A stretch of 64,000 nucleotides of DNA from Nitrospirales bacterium (GCA_965223295.1 CBDCWC010000002.1:736001-800000), one strand, 5' to 3'; positions 24,486 through 36,482 are shown, counted from the first letter of the stretch. Notes: generated by a model not told the origin, from the sequence alone. Numbers and translations: made by a program.

Positions 24486-24986
24486 TCAATGACTTATGAA
24501 TGGGCCTGATGCGCGTTTTCCATCAGGTGTTATTAAGGTGTTAGCCGTATATTTCTCAAACATGGCGGCCGCCTGGTGAAGATCTGCTGGCTTAATTGAA
24601 TTATAACGCCGCTGCATTTGTTCAGACTTGTGGCCGACAATCTTCATGGCCGTCATCGTATCCACTCCTGCTCGTCTCAGGTTCGTCGTGGCCGTGTAGC
24701 GAAAGTCATGGAGCCGCAGGTCACGAATCCCCGCTCGCCGGCACGCCGCAGCAAATGCTGTCCGTGGATTTTTCCACGGTTTTCCTTTATACAGGAAAAC
24801 CCGATTGGTGTCTAGGCGACACTCGTTCCATAATTCCCAAAAGACGGCATGCACATCCCGCGTCATTGGGACGATTCGTGTTTCCCCACTTTTAGTCTGA
24901 CGAAGTGTAAATTCTCGCCGTCTCAAGTCGACATCCGCCCATTCGGGCTTGAGCAATTCTCCTCTTCTTGGGCCGAGCCCGCGCAA
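24486..24986 (-). pseudogene. Truncated tyrosine recombinase/integrase (catalytic half)
   Basis: G.RRGEL, TKSG, HDFRY, VGHKS, RY; no N-terminal domains. Confidence 0.85.
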
Positions 24987-25149
24987 CGATCAAGAATCGA
25001 AGGAGATGGAAACAGCGGCATGTTTTAACCGTTCCCTCTCTTCACTGTGTAAATGGTTATCATGACCGTTTTATTACATAAGGAAGAATGATGAACAAGT
25101 TCAATACGAAAACCAATACCCTGCTACATGACTTATTGAAGGATTGTGA

Positions 25150-25820
25150 GTCGCCAGAAGATATTCTGGGGAAAACATGGGTTACTCAAAGGGTTAACCA
25201 AACGTCTTGTTAAATGAGCCTTGCAGGCAGGCGGAATTGACCGAACATCTGGGCTATGCCCCTCATGCTCGACATCAGGGCAAGGACGGTAATGTTCGTA
25301 ATGGCACCAGGGCCAAAACCGTGGAGACGGACCAGGATCCGGTGGAGCTGCAAGTCCCCTGAGATCGATCGGGCACATTTGAACCGATAGTCGTGAAGGA
25401 ACGTCAACGCCGTCTTGAGGGATTTGATGACAAAGTCTTAGCGCTTTAAGCGCATGGGCTGACTACTCGCGAGATTCATGGAGATCTGGAAGAGTTCTGA
25501 TATGCGGCTCTAGCAGAGCCGGCCTTTAGAGACGGTTTATCCCATTTTCTATATTGATTGTCTATTTGTAAAATCCCGGCATGAGGGATCGGTCAAGACG
25601 ATAGCCGTCTATGGCAACCTGGACGTCACGCTCACTGCGGTAAAGGAATTGTTAGGCCTCCGGCTGAGTGAGACGGAAGGGGCGAAAGTGTGGCTGGCAA
25701 TTTTTACTGAATTACAGCAACGTGGGGTAAAAGATTGCTTCGTGGCCTGTGTCTATGGATTGCCAGGATTACCCAAATCGTTGGGAATCATCTTTTCCCC
25801 AAACGTAAGTCCAATTGAAC
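25150..25820 (+). pseudogene. IS256-family transposase remnant
   Basis: Manual translation ELTEHLGY...RNG...VP*DRSGTFEP...FDDKVLAL*AHGLTTREI and LGLRLSETEGAKVW...RGVKD; stops, frameshifts and deletions. Confidence 0.8.
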
Positions 25821-25934
25821 ATAGTTTGTGGCTTTATGTCTTTTCTATTCGTAAGAAGGCAAAAAAGAATACGCAACGGATACAAACCATTCCTTTCATG
25901 AATGAGGAATATGATTTTTGTCGTATGCTGCTGA

Positions 25935-27614
25935 CTACAATCCACATACCTTTTCTGAAAGTTCATCAATAAGGACTTTTTGATTTTCGGAATAATCTAC
26001 AGGCACATCAATGATGTGTACTCCACCTTTCTCAAATGCTTTCTCAAAAATTGGAACAAGATCGCTAGCAGCCTGAATTCGGTGACCATATCCACCAAAA
26101 CTTTCAGCATATTTCACAAAATCAGGATTTTTGAAATCTAGACCCCAATCGGAAAAGTTAGCGGCCGTTTGTTTCCAACGAATCATACCATACGCGCTGT
26201 CATTCAAAATGGTCACGACCAGATTAAGATTCAATCGCACCGCCGTTTCTACCTCTTGACTATTCATCATGAAACCACCATCACCACAAATCGCCATCAC
26301 GCGACGGTCAGAATAAAGTAACGCTGCCATCATAGCAGAGGATAATCCAGCGCCCATCGTTGCTAATGCATTATCTAGGAGAACAGTATTAGGGTGATAG
26401 GCTTTATAATTACGGGCATACCAGATTTTATAGATACCATTATCTAAGGCAATAATATCGTGTTCCCTCATAACTTTCCTCGTATCAGCAACGATGCGTT
26501 GAGGAATAATCGGAAAGCGACCATCTTCAGCTCCTTGGCGTATATGCCATTCCACTTCTTTGCGAACCTTATCAAAATATGCGGTATCGAATTGTATTTC
26601 ACCCCCTAGGTTTTTCTTGAGAAGTTGCATAGAACGCGCCAAGTCGCCAACCACCTCGATCTGCGGAAAGTATACTTGATCAACCGTAGCAGCTTTATAG
26701 TTGATATGAATGACTTTTTTACCACTTTTTTCCATAAAGAATGGCGGTTTTTCTACGACATCGTGACCGACATTAATAATCAGATCGGCACGGTCAATCG
26801 CACAATGCAGATAATCACTATCAGACAAGGCTGCCGTTCCCATAAAAAGATCAGATCGTTCATCCACGACACCTTTACCCATTTGAGTCGTAAAAAATGG
26901 AATACGGATTGTCTCCACAAATTCGCACAAAGCCCTATGCGCGTTCTTTCGATTGGCCCCAGCTCCAATTAGTAGCAAAGGCATTTTCGAGTTTTTAATA
27001 AGCTTGCTGGCTTCATCTAGAATAGATTCACCCGCTACAGCATAATGACGTGCATGAGGCTTTAAAACCTGCTCCTCCGTATCCTCTGTAGCGATATCTT
27101 CCGGCAACTCAAGGAGCACAGCACCTGGGCGCTCCTCTTCAGCAATTCGAAACGCTTCCCGAACCAAAGCGGGGATCGTGTTACCATGGACGATTTGTTC
27201 GGACATCTTGCAAATCGGTTTGAATAAATTAACGATATCCACGATTTGAAATCGACCTTGTTTGGAATTCTTAATCGACTTTTGACCTGAAATGATCAGC
27301 AACGGCATTCCACCAAGTTGAGCAAAAGCAGCAGGAGTGGCCAAATTGGTCGCACCTGGGCCTAAGGTAACCAAACACACACCTGCCTTGCCCGTGAGAC
27401 GTCCATGCGTTGCCGCCATAAAGCCCGCACCTTGTTCATGACGTGTCAAAACAAGCCTAATGTTTGAATCGCGTAGAGATTCCACTATATCCAAATTCTC
27501 TTCTCCTGGAAGCGCGAAAATATACTCAACACCTTCCGCCTCAAGAGCCTGCACGAGAAGATCAGACGCTTTACTCTTTGTGGTCTTGTATGGCATTTTT
27601 CCGTATGAACTCAT
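25935..27614 (-). CDS. Acetolactate synthase large-subunit-like TPP enzyme
   Basis: PGEENLD, TRHEQGAGFMA, GPGATN, GDGGFMMNSQE; no small subunit adjacent. Confidence 0.9.
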   Translation of the reverse strand: MSSYGKMPYKTTKSKASDLLVQALEAEGVEYIFALPGEENLDIVESLRDSNIRLVLTRHEQGAGFMAATHGRLTGKAGVCLVTLGPGATNLATPAAFAQLGGMPLLIISGQKSIKNSKQGRFQIVDIVNLFKPICKMSEQIVHGNTIPALVREAFRIAEEERPGAVLLELPEDIATEDTEEQVLKPHARHYAVAGESILDEASKLIKNSKMPLLLIGAGANRKNAHRALCEFVETIRIPFFTTQMGKGVVDERSDLFMGTAALSDSDYLHCAIDRADLIINVGHDVVEKPPFFMEKSGKKVIHINYKAATVDQVYFPQIEVVGDLARSMQLLKKNLGGEIQFDTAYFDKVRKEVEWHIRQGAEDGRFPIIPQRIVADTRKVMREHDIIALDNGIYKIWYARNYKAYHPNTVLLDNALATMGAGLSSAMMAALLYSDRRVMAICGDGGFMMNSQEVETAVRLNLNLVVTILNDSAYGMIRWKQTAANFSDWGLDFKNPDFVKYAESFGGYGHRIQAASDLVPIFEKAFEKGGVHIIDVPVDYSENQKVLIDELSEKVCGL

Positions 27615-27647
27615 CGAGGTGTCCTCTCTGTCTTTGTAAGGTATGCA

Positions 27648-30410
27648 TTATGGTACCGAAGCTTCATTTTGGTGAGAGAAAAATGGAAGATCATAAATAA
27701 ATTGGGGAAGAAGTTCTGAGCCCTCACTCGATTGATCACCAACTAGCAGGGTATTTCGTACACCTTTTGCCCCCCCTTCAAACGCATTTTCAATCGCAAC
27801 ACCTAATTCCGCCCAACTATTCACAGTGCCTCTAAGAGTCGTGATTCCATCCTTCACTGAAACAGTAATATTCTCACTGTCGATGAACGGACTCCACCAC
27901 AATTCATTTCGAATATTTTTGAATATCACCCAATCTGGCTTCCACGTCCATTCAGCATCTATCTGTAAACGGTTTTTCACATTGACCGTGCCTCTCACTT
28001 TTGCTGAAAGATCTTCGGCTAACACCTTTTCAAAAACAGTATCGACTCTCCCATGTAGCCAAACTTGTCCGTCCTTTACCGAAACGATGACCTGCGATGG
28101 AGCCATACTAGGTTCTCGCAATATAGCTCCGCGAATTTTCTCATTTAGCTCTTGATCACTAACCTCATGCGCAGGACGCACCTTAAGAAGATTGTTGACC
28201 ATCTTGACACCTACGATGTGCTTCGCATCTTGTTCTGCAGCCTTTCTAGCCTTCAAATTATCGACCATGCCAGTTAATGTGACATTTCCATCATCTACTG
28301 AAATCTGGGGGTTAAAGGCAGAAACTCTAGGATCATATTGGAATGCAAGTTTGACGGCTTTAGCGATTTCTTGGTCGGTTTTAGCTATAGACTTATTAGT
28401 TCTATACACATCTTTTATGGTTTCCCATCTTACCCGAAGGTCATCGGCTACTACGGAGGTCACCCCGCTTACCCAAGCATTCTGATAAGCACGATCTCTT
28501 TCAGCTGCGCTTCGCACCGTTCCATGAAGCAAAACGTTCCCATTTTCGACATGAATACGAATTGTAGGGCCGAAAACCCAAACATCCATTTCAAGTCTCG
28601 CTCTAATCTCATCAGCAATTTCAATATTGGGCCGCTGAATCTTTTCCTTCACAGTTAATTCATCTTTAACTTCAGAAATGCCAACAACTCCCGAAGCGAC
28701 ATTTCTGGTGAGTAGTTTAGCTGTCCACGATGGTATTTCTCCCAAAAGCGTGACCTGCCCCTCATTCACCTCAACGACAATGTTGAATGAATCGGTTGCC
28801 GGATCCTCATGTAAAACACGTATGACCTCTTGGCGAAATTCCTGGTCTGTTAATGAGCCACGTTTTACTTTGATAAGATTCACGACGCCTTGCACGCCTT
28901 TAATAGTTTTTGCGATTTTTGCAGCTCGCATTGTAAGCTTCCCCGTCAAGCGGACAGGTCATAACTAGAGTGTTCTGGTGTTGGTTGATAATAGGCACAG
29001 GGCGGTGTTCCCCGTAGCGCGTCATGTGGGCGGTGTTCATTGTAGATGGTCATCCACTCGGACGTGAGTTCCCGCACTTCCTCTAAACTCCGAAACAGAT
29101 AGAGATTCAGCACTTCATTCCGATAGGTGCGATTGAATCGTTCAATAAATGCATTCTGTGTGGGACAACCGGGTTGAATGTGATAGATCAACACGCGATT
29201 GGCTTTTCCCCAATCTTTTAGTGCCTGTGAGAGAAATTCTGGTCCGTTATCAACCCGAATCATGTGAGGTAACTCCCGCTCAGTCTTCAAGCGGTCCAAC
29301 ACGCGGATAATCCGTTCAGCTCTTAGAGAGGTATCAATCTCAATCGCCAAGACCTCCCGATTGAAGTCATCGAGGATATTGAAGGTGCGAAACCGCGTGC
29401 CGTGATACAAGGTATCGCTCATGAAGTCGGCTGACCACACCTCATTGGGACCTTCTGGCACAAACACCGGCCAGGAAGGACGCTTGGGCAGCTGGCGTCT
29501 GGTGCGACGAGGCTGATTGTGTCCTAACTGCCGATAGACGCGGTACACCCGTTTGTGATTCCAGACATGTCCGAGGACTCGCAATCGCCGGATATATTTC
29601 CAGATGCCCCAGCGCGGGTACTGCTCCACTAACTGATTCAGGGCCTCAATAATTTCCTGATCACGGATCTGCCAATCAACGGGCGCTTGGTAATACGCCG
29701 ACCGAGAAAATTTGAGAGCCACACACCCTCGTGTGATCGAGACGCCATGTGTCTCTTGTAGGGACTGAATGGCCTCCCGTTTCTCCGCCGGCGTTAGAGC
29801 TTTTTTTCGATCAAATCCTTCAGCGCCCGATTCTCTAAGGCCAGATCCGCATACATCCGTTTAAGCTTCGAGAGTTCGCCTTCTGTTTCTTTGAGGCGTT
29901 TCAGATCCGAGGCTTCTAAGCCCCCGTACTTCGCTTTCCAATTGTAATAGGTCGCATCACTGATGCCATGCTCCCGGCACAAGTCTTTGATCTTGATGCC
30001 GGCGTCACCTTGTTTCAAGATGGCGACGATTTGGGTTTCGCTGAATCGACTCGTTTTCATGAGAACCTCCTGGGATCATTCTGCCAGAACGCTCTACTTT
30101 TGGTCTGTTCGGATTTAGGGGAAGCTTACAGCATCTTTTCCCGTAAAGCTGGAACAAAACCCGAAATTTTGGCAATACCGTGATCAACCTGGACATCAAT
30201 ACCATGCCCCTGTACGACAGGATCAATTAATAGTTTTCCTTCAATAGCTATTCCAATATGTTTATCGTCGAAGGAATTTTTGCTGGAATGCGCGCTCAAA
30301 CAAAAAAGGGCTTCACATAAGATCACACAGGAGCAAATTAGGATGGCTTGCCATAATCTTTGCTTATTCAAAAGAGAACCCGCATTGCGAGTGCGAAAGT
30401 TACCAGCCAT
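27648..30410 (-). pseudogene. Multi-BON-domain exported protein interrupted by IS3
   Basis: Repeated BON units; removing IS 28932-30130 and one GCAT restores ...AREKMRAAKIAK... Confidence 0.9.
28932..30130 (-). mobile_element. IS3-family IS, copy 1 (1199 bp)
   Basis: IRs TGTAAGCTTCCCC / GGGGAAGCTTACA; 4-bp TSD GCAT; orfA 29794-30060, orfB to 28946, A7G slip site. Confidence 0.96.
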
Positions 30411-30656
30411 CAGTTACTCGACAGTCAATCCTCAATTTTCAATGATGCAAACAATTCAATATTCATATTTTCAATTTTGGAAGTTTCTTAAAAACACGTT
30501 TACACAGATTCCCGGGTAAATAAGAAAACTAGACGGAATAAATCTTTTCCTTTTGCAGAGGCAACGTTCCTTATATAGCGCAAGCACACGGATTAAACGA
30601 AGGATTCTATCTATTGGAATCAACGATGTATTCTGCAGACGATCAACCTGTTCGCT

Positions 30657-31523
30657 TTACTGATCAGCATGCTCAGTCACCGTTTTTAATGGTTCTTTAA
30701 ACGTTAATGTGCGATACGGGAATGGGATTTCAATATCAGCGTCATCTAACGCTTTCTTGACCGCCGCGACCACCTTGTCGCGCGACTCCCTTACTTCGAC
30801 CGGTTTCGATCCTGTCCACCAGGTCACTTCAAAGTCAATACTACTCGCCCCGAACCCTTGAGCAAATATTTGAACATCCTTTTCCATATCAACTGTATCA
30901 AGCCCTTGAACGGCGTCCATGATCACCGATCGAGCCTTATCAACATCTTCGCCATAGGCTACGCCACACATGATCGTCACACGACGTCGATCTAGGTCGG
31001 TTCGAACCGTTACTGGATTTTTAAAGAGCTGCGCGTTTGGAATAACCACCCTCTGTCCATCTACTTGACGAATGTGCGTATCCCGAATCGTGATCTCTTC
31101 GACAAAACCTTCAATTTCTTGGCACTCAATACAATCCTTGAGCTGGAAAGGTTCTCTGAATAGAATAAGCATTCCCGCGATGAAGTTTTCAAAAATATCC
31201 TTAAACGCAAACCCTATCGCGATTGACCCTAATCCAATCGCGGTCAGTACCTTGCCAGGCGTCAACGTGGGGAACATCACGATGGCCGAGGCCAAAATTC
31301 CAACAATCCAGATGATGATGTAGGTCAGCTGTTGAATTAGTTCCTGCAGAGAGGTTCGCAATCGAAAGCGAGGAAGTATTCGCTTGAGAATCAACTGAGC
31401 GACTCGGCCGACTCCCCACGTGAGAACGAGAAGAAGACATCCGAATACAATCTGAGGAAGATGCGCAAGAAAACCTTCACCCAAGTTGCGCAAGCTTTCC
31501 ATGATGACCCTGAGTGGTTCCAT
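30657..31523 (-). CDS. MscS-family mechanosensitive channel
   Basis: GFAFKDIFENFIAG, IPN, IEIPFP. Confidence 0.92.
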   Translation of the reverse strand: MEPLRVIMESLRNLGEGFLAHLPQIVFGCLLLVLTWGVGRVAQLILKRILPRFRLRTSLQELIQQLTYIIIWIVGILASAIVMFPTLTPGKVLTAIGLGSIAIGFAFKDIFENFIAGMLILFREPFQLKDCIECQEIEGFVEEITIRDTHIRQVDGQRVVIPNAQLFKNPVTVRTDLDRRRVTIMCGVAYGEDVDKARSVIMDAVQGLDTVDMEKDVQIFAQGFGASSIDFEVTWWTGSKPVEVRESRDKVVAAVKKALDDADIEIPFPYRTLTFKEPLKTVTEHADQ

Positions 31524-31669
31524 GCGTTAGAGCTCCTTCTTGATCTTTTACCAACTGACACAAACAACACAATCTAGGCTACTCAATCAAAATCTGGAAA
31601 CAGCAATGACGGTTATACAAAAGCCAGCCATAAGATGAGTGTAAACATAAGGTAAAAAAGAGAGATTTG

Positions 31670-32797
31670 TTACCGTCCTAAAAACTCGCCAATAGGAGCA
31701 AGCGGCTCCAAATGGTCACAGATGATCTTAAACGAAGCCACAAGAGGAACGGCCAGTAAGGTCCCGGGGATCCCCCAAATCCATCCCCAGAGAAACACGC
31801 TGAGAAGCACGACCACAGGATTCAGAGTGAGCTGTTTCCCTAAGATCATAGGAGTCAACAAGGTCCCCTCAACGGCTGTCAGGGACCCATACGATACTCC
31901 AACAAGAAGGATCCATCCAAGATGTTCAAACGTCAGTGCAGCCGCCAAGGTGACGATGACAATTCCAAAAATACTGCCGGCATAGGGAATAAAGTTCAAG
32001 ATCCCGCCCATGACACCCCAAAGAATAGGATTAGGCATCCCCAATAAATACATCGAAAACCCTATAGCTGCCCCAAGGCCGACATTGATACATGTCACGG
32101 TCACCAGGTGCGTGGAAATGCTCTTCTCAATATCACGAACGATTTCAACGGCTCGTCTTTTGTCAGAGAACGTAGGTAGGACCTTTACCAGCTTTTCAAG
32201 GAATAAATCCCCAGAAGCCAAAAGAAAGTAAAGAAGAATCATAGTGGCAATCAAGCTCCAAAGAAATTCAGTCGTAACTCCTATCAATGTCCCACCAAGA
32301 CTTGGCGCCTTGAGTTCAACCAGGCGTCGCTTGGGTGCTCCATCCTCAAGAGTCGTAAACTTTTCTATGAATTCAGTAGCCTGGTTCAGTTGCAATACAG
32401 AATCTTTGACAGCTTGCAATTTTCGTTCGACGGCGTCTAAGGCATCAGGTGCTTTAGACAACCAATCGACAGCGGGATCTGCGAGTTGGGAAATGCTATA
32501 AGCAACAATTCCCCCGACGACCATCAGCACAAGGGCCGCACCAAGTGCTTCTGGTATCCACATTTTCGTCAGAAGTCTGATAAATGGAGCCAACAGAAAA
32601 CTAAAAACGAGTGCGATGGCAATCGGCAAAAACACAGCTTGCGCCACGGTCAAGACATACACCGTCGCAATGATGAATAAGCCTGTTAAGGCTAAAGACC
32701 GGACGTCAATCGGACCTCTTATAAATTCAGAAAGCTTAGAAATATCTGGCTTCAGGGGCGTGGAAGAAGACGTCTCTTGAGGATCAACATTACTCAT
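31670..32797 (-). CDS. AI-2E family transporter
   Basis: NFIPYAG, EG..LTPMILGK..LNP, WG.IWGIPG.LLAVP. Confidence 0.9.
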   Translation of the reverse strand: MSNVDPQETSSSTPLKPDISKLSEFIRGPIDVRSLALTGLFIIATVYVLTVAQAVFLPIAIALVFSFLLAPFIRLLTKMWIPEALGAALVLMVVGGIVAYSISQLADPAVDWLSKAPDALDAVERKLQAVKDSVLQLNQATEFIEKFTTLEDGAPKRRLVELKAPSLGGTLIGVTTEFLWSLIATMILLYFLLASGDLFLEKLVKVLPTFSDKRRAVEIVRDIEKSISTHLVTVTCINVGLGAAIGFSMYLLGMPNPILWGVMGGILNFIPYAGSIFGIVIVTLAAALTFEHLGWILLVGVSYGSLTAVEGTLLTPMILGKQLTLNPVVVLLSVFLWGWIWGIPGTLLAVPLVASFKIICDHLEPLAPIGEFLGR

Positions 32798-32987
32798 TGA
32801 TCACTCCCAAGGATTCATGAGAAATCTTCCTATCATGAGTGGATTACAGCGACTAGAGGAAAAATGATCCGTGTTGAGGCTCTCAGATAATTTCCGTAGC
32901 GTGTCAACGCCTTTAACATCAAACCTGGAAGTAGGCATAACCATTTATGATGATATACAGCCATGTGTTGAAAAGCCTCAGACTTTT

Positions 32988-33173
32988 TTAGTTAGCAGCA
33001 TCTTGCACGGATTCACCCGCCTCTTCTAACTTCTTGCCTACGTTTTCCGTAGCTTCATCAACAGCCTCGCCCGCCTGTTCGGCTGGACCTTCTTGTTCAC
33101 AACCAGGAAGTATGGGCACAAGGAACATGAAGCTCAGAAGAAGTGTTATGGCCAATGGCATTAGCGTCTTCAC
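32988..33173 (-). CDS. Small lipoprotein
   Basis: GTG start after GGAGG; lipobox LPGC, then EQEGPAEQAGEAVDEA. Confidence 0.7.
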   Translation of the reverse strand: MKTLMPLAITLLLSFMFLVPILPGCEQEGPAEQAGEAVDEATENVGKKLEEAGESVQDAAN

Positions 33174-33555
33174 AGTGTATCCTCCAGTTCTATGATGGCA
33201 GAAATCAAACGTGTAAGTGTCTAGTTCAGTGCTTTGCGCGAGGATAGTGCGAGTAAATTTCCCCACTCTTCCGCAGAGTTCCCATGCTCAAATCAGTTGA
33301 GACGTAACGGAGACCCTCTCACAAAAAAAGACCAATTGACATCTGGAAATCACCAGTATAGGATCAATTGCAAGTTCTCAATTTTAATATATTTTCCTAA
33401 TTCACTTAAGTTATATCACCTAATATGAACCTATAATGGGAGCAAGTGATCGGAATATTAGAATTAGGTCAAAAACTATGGGCGGATCCCAGTACATCAA
33501 AAAGGCCTAAGTCATTCACAAGCATATCCCCTTCTTGTAAGGATGTTTAAAGTTT

Positions 33556-33975
33556 ATGCATTCCCACGCTACACAAACTCATCGAATTCTAGGCCTAATA
33601 ACCATTATGTTCCTCATGCTGTGGGCGGTTCCCTCTAAGAGTCAGGGCACGTTCATACTAAATGCAGATGACACTCAAGCCAAAAAATGGATGGAACTCC
33701 AGCCGGATATCCGTTCATCTTTTGTCCTGGGATTTCTAGCGGGCCTCGATTATGTGTATAACTCCACGGGGCTTACGGTCACATTAAACCGTGCACTATC
33801 GGCAAAAGAACTTTCTGCGCATGTCTACAAAAGCCTATTGGACCAGCCTGAGTTGCGGGCAGGCCCAATAGACGAAATCATTCTTAATGCGCTTGACCAT
33901 GTGCTCACGATAACCGATAAATCTGGCATACAAGTGAACCCAGGACTAAAAGAAGTCGATCTCACGACCCGCTAA
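33556..33975 (+). CDS. Exported hypothetical protein
   Basis: Signal-peptide-like N-terminus; 139-aa ORF. Confidence 0.6.
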   Translation: MHSHATQTHRILGLITIMFLMLWAVPSKSQGTFILNADDTQAKKWMELQPDIRSSFVLGFLAGLDYVYNSTGLTVTLNRALSAKELSAHVYKSLLDQPELRAGPIDEIILNALDHVLTITDKSGIQVNPGLKEVDLTTR

Positions 33976-34019
33976 GACCAACCTTCTGTTTTCATCAGGG
34001 TTCATGCTCATTCACCTGA

Positions 34020-34313
34020 CTAGTCGTGTTCGATTTTACGAGCACTTCCGGTTTGGGCATCAATGTAGACTTCCTTCGTGCCTCCTTGATCACTAATTAT
34101 TTCCACTTCAAACACCGTGCGGTCATCTTCTTTGTCTATGTAAGCTTCCACAGCTTTTCCAGGAACCGCTTGAACAGCAGCATCAATAGCTTCCGCCATG
34201 GTCAGCTTAGCTGAATTGACAAGTTCTTTCTTCGAATCGAATAAGGCCAAAGCCGTACCCACACTACCACACATGAAATATATGAGAACTACTAATGATA
34301 ATCGTTTCATCAT
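34020..34313 (-). CDS. PepSY-domain protein
   Basis: Signal peptide; EAIDAA..VPGKAVE, VFEVEI, YIDAQTG. Confidence 0.85.
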   Translation of the reverse strand: MMKRLSLVVLIYFMCGSVGTALALFDSKKELVNSAKLTMAEAIDAAVQAVPGKAVEAYIDKEDDRTVFEVEIISDQGGTKEVYIDAQTGSARKIEHD

Positions 34314-34392
34314 AACGCTCCTCTTTTTTAGTTTTAGACCAGTTACCTCTCAGTACCCAATGTATTCAAAGTGTTGCGTTTAACTGATGGTT

Positions 34393-34782
34393 CTATGGGC
34401 TTGTAGGGAAGTTGGGGCTACTTGATTGTGTTTCGTAGGTATGCCGCTCAAACCACTTATCAGTCCACGCCTTGAGTTCTTCTTTGCGGTCTCCATAGCG
34501 CTCTTGCATTTTTCCTTCGAACTTATCCATTTTCCCTTCGATCTGTAGTAGATCATCATCTGTAAACTCGCCCCATTCCTTTTTTAACTCTCCCATAAAT
34601 TGCTTCCATGCCCCAGCAAATTGATCTTGATTCAGGATAAACACGACAAAGGTATCAGCTAAGCCAGATTGTTGTGAAAGTGGGGCGAGAGCCTTCCAGC
34701 TATCTGACCAAGTTGTACTAGCCGCTCCTAGAATCAAGGTACAAACTAGACAAAGTGAGACGACTCTACGTTCCGTCTTCAT
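34393..34782 (-). CDS. CsbD-family protein with N-terminal signal peptide
   Basis: NQDQFAGAWKQFMG..KKEWGEFTDDDL..IEG..GKMQERYG. Confidence 0.8.
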   Translation of the reverse strand: MKTERRVVSLCLVCTLILGAASTTWSDSWKALAPLSQQSGLADTFVVFILNQDQFAGAWKQFMGELKKEWGEFTDDDLLQIEGKMDKFEGKMQERYGDRKEELKAWTDKWFERHTYETQSSSPNFPTSP

Positions 34783-34808
34783 AATAATTCCAAGCTCCGT
34801 CCTACTAC

Positions 34809-35108
34809 TTAGTCATCTTTTTCCATATTCACGACTTTTCCTGTTTCTGCATCAACATAGATAGTCCGTGTTGTATTTTTAGAATCAACTACCTCAATCC
34901 AATAAACGGTCCGGTCATCTTCTTCACCAATTTGAGCTTCCACGGCTTTACCTGGGGCCATTTCCGTAGCCGTTTTAACAGCTTTCGACAGCGTGATTTT
35001 TGCTGACTTTGCGAGTTCTTTATTCGTCTCGAACAAGGCCCAGGCTGAACCTCCAAATCCGATGAGAAGACATGTGGCGATCGTTAAAATTTTTCTCGTG
35101 CTCTTCAT
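34809..35108 (-). CDS. PepSY-domain protein
   Basis: Paralog of 34020-34313; PGKAVE, YVDAETGKV; GGAGG RBS before MKSTRK. Confidence 0.85.
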   Translation of the reverse strand: MKSTRKILTIATCLLIGFGGSAWALFETNKELAKSAKITLSKAVKTATEMAPGKAVEAQIGEEDDRTVYWIEVVDSKNTTRTIYVDAETGKVVNMEKDD

Positions 35109-35165
35109 AGTGTCCTCCAGTTCCATTACTAGCCGATATAATTGCATTGCTCTACTCAAAATATC

Positions 35166-35366
35166 TTATGGATTTCTCTTGTGCCAATTCTCTGCCCAAT
35201 CATTTACGGCTTCCTTCTGATCACCATACCGTTCTTGCACTTTTCCTTGAAACTTATCATAATCCCCTTCAATTTCTTTTAAGTCGTCATCTGTCAATTT
35301 CCCATACTGTTGTTTCACCTCTCCCTTAAACTGATTCCATTTCCCTTTAAATTGCTCTTTGTTCAT
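35166..35366 (-). CDS. CsbD-family stress protein
   Basis: MNKEQFKGKWNQFKGEVKQQYGKLTDDDL...QERYG. Confidence 0.92.
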   Translation of the reverse strand: MNKEQFKGKWNQFKGEVKQQYGKLTDDDLKEIEGDYDKFQGKVQERYGDQKEAVNDWAENWHKRNP

Positions 35367-35455
35367 GATGATGTCCTCCTGCATTAAATGTGTGATTAGA
35401 AAAACATGTAGTTAACTTGTCTTTAGTAATACTTGAATGCCATGACGGCACTCAA

Positions 35456-35491
35456 TAGACAAAAATTGGTGACTTGCTGGGTAAATGTCTA
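35456..35491 (-). promoter_or_regulatory. Island motif copy (TAGACAT-N21-TTTGTCTA) upstream of the csbD/pepSY cluster
   Basis: + strand TAGACAAA...AAATGTCTA, 36 bp. Confidence 0.75.
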
Positions 35492-35603
35492 GTACTCAAG
35501 TATCTCGATTCAATAAACACTTTTCACCCAAGCACGAGATTAAGAAAGAGAACTGGATGTTTTTTAGAACCGTAAAAATAAGGAAGGCTACATAGTGGAA
35601 AAA

Positions 35604-36482
35604 CTATGCTGTTGCAGTTTTGTTTTGAGCAGCATTTTCAAGCACGACGTCTACCTCGCCACCAATAAGCAAGACTAATCCACTCATGTACAGCCACAAC
35701 ATAAGCACGATGACTCCCGCGAGTGAACCATAGGCGGCATTGTACGTTCCAAAATTGGCGACATAATATTTGAAGGCTAGAGAAGACAAGAGCCAAAGCA
35801 TCACGGCCACCACTGAACCGGGTGTGATAACACGCCATGAGTGATTAACATTTGGCGCCATATAGTAAATCATACTCACAGCTAACAGCATGAACATGAC
35901 CACAAGCGGCCACTGTACTAAAGACCAACTTATCGTAAAGACGGCGCCGTAGCCTATGGCATTGGCAATCCATTGACTCATATAGCCACCAGCAAGGATA
36001 AGAAATATGGAGAGAATAACGAAAAGAGTGCAAACGATCGTCATAATCATGGCAATGCCTCGGGCTTTCCACAACGGTCGAAAATCCTCGACATTGTAGA
36101 CCGTATTCAGGGTATCAATGATCGCAGCCATTCCTGTGGAGACGGCCCAGAACGTGCCCAGAAAGCTCAAAGATAAAATACCTGCTCCACTCCCTGCCAC
36201 CACTTGATTCAAGTAGGTTTCGATTAACGGCATCGAATCAACTGGAAGAACGGTTTCGAGGTAAGACAATACCTTGGGAAGCATGGATTGAGTGGGCAAC
36301 AATCCGATGAACGCGGTGAGGAACATGAGCGCGGGGAACAGGGCAAGTTGAAAATAAAAGCCCAATTGCGCGGCTCTTCCAAATAGATCATCTTGTTGAA
36401 TTTCTTCCCAAACCTGCTGGAGGAGTTCTATCCAAGATAGACCTTGTAAATTCCAGGTTGATTTTTGCGGCATGGGTTTCAA
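35604..36482 (-). CDS. YihY/virulence factor BrkB family membrane protein
   Basis: AAQLGFY..LALFP, YNAAYGSLAGVIVLMLWLY. Confidence 0.92.
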   Translation of the reverse strand: MKPMPQKSTWNLQGLSWIELLQQVWEEIQQDDLFGRAAQLGFYFQLALFPALMFLTAFIGLLPTQSMLPKVLSYLETVLPVDSMPLIETYLNQVVAGSGAGILSLSFLGTFWAVSTGMAAIIDTLNTVYNVEDFRPLWKARGIAMIMTIVCTLFVILSIFLILAGGYMSQWIANAIGYGAVFTISWSLVQWPLVVMFMLLAVSMIYYMAPNVNHSWRVITPGSVVAVMLWLLSSLAFKYYVANFGTYNAAYGSLAGVIVLMLWLYMSGLVLLIGGEVDVVLENAAQNKTATA

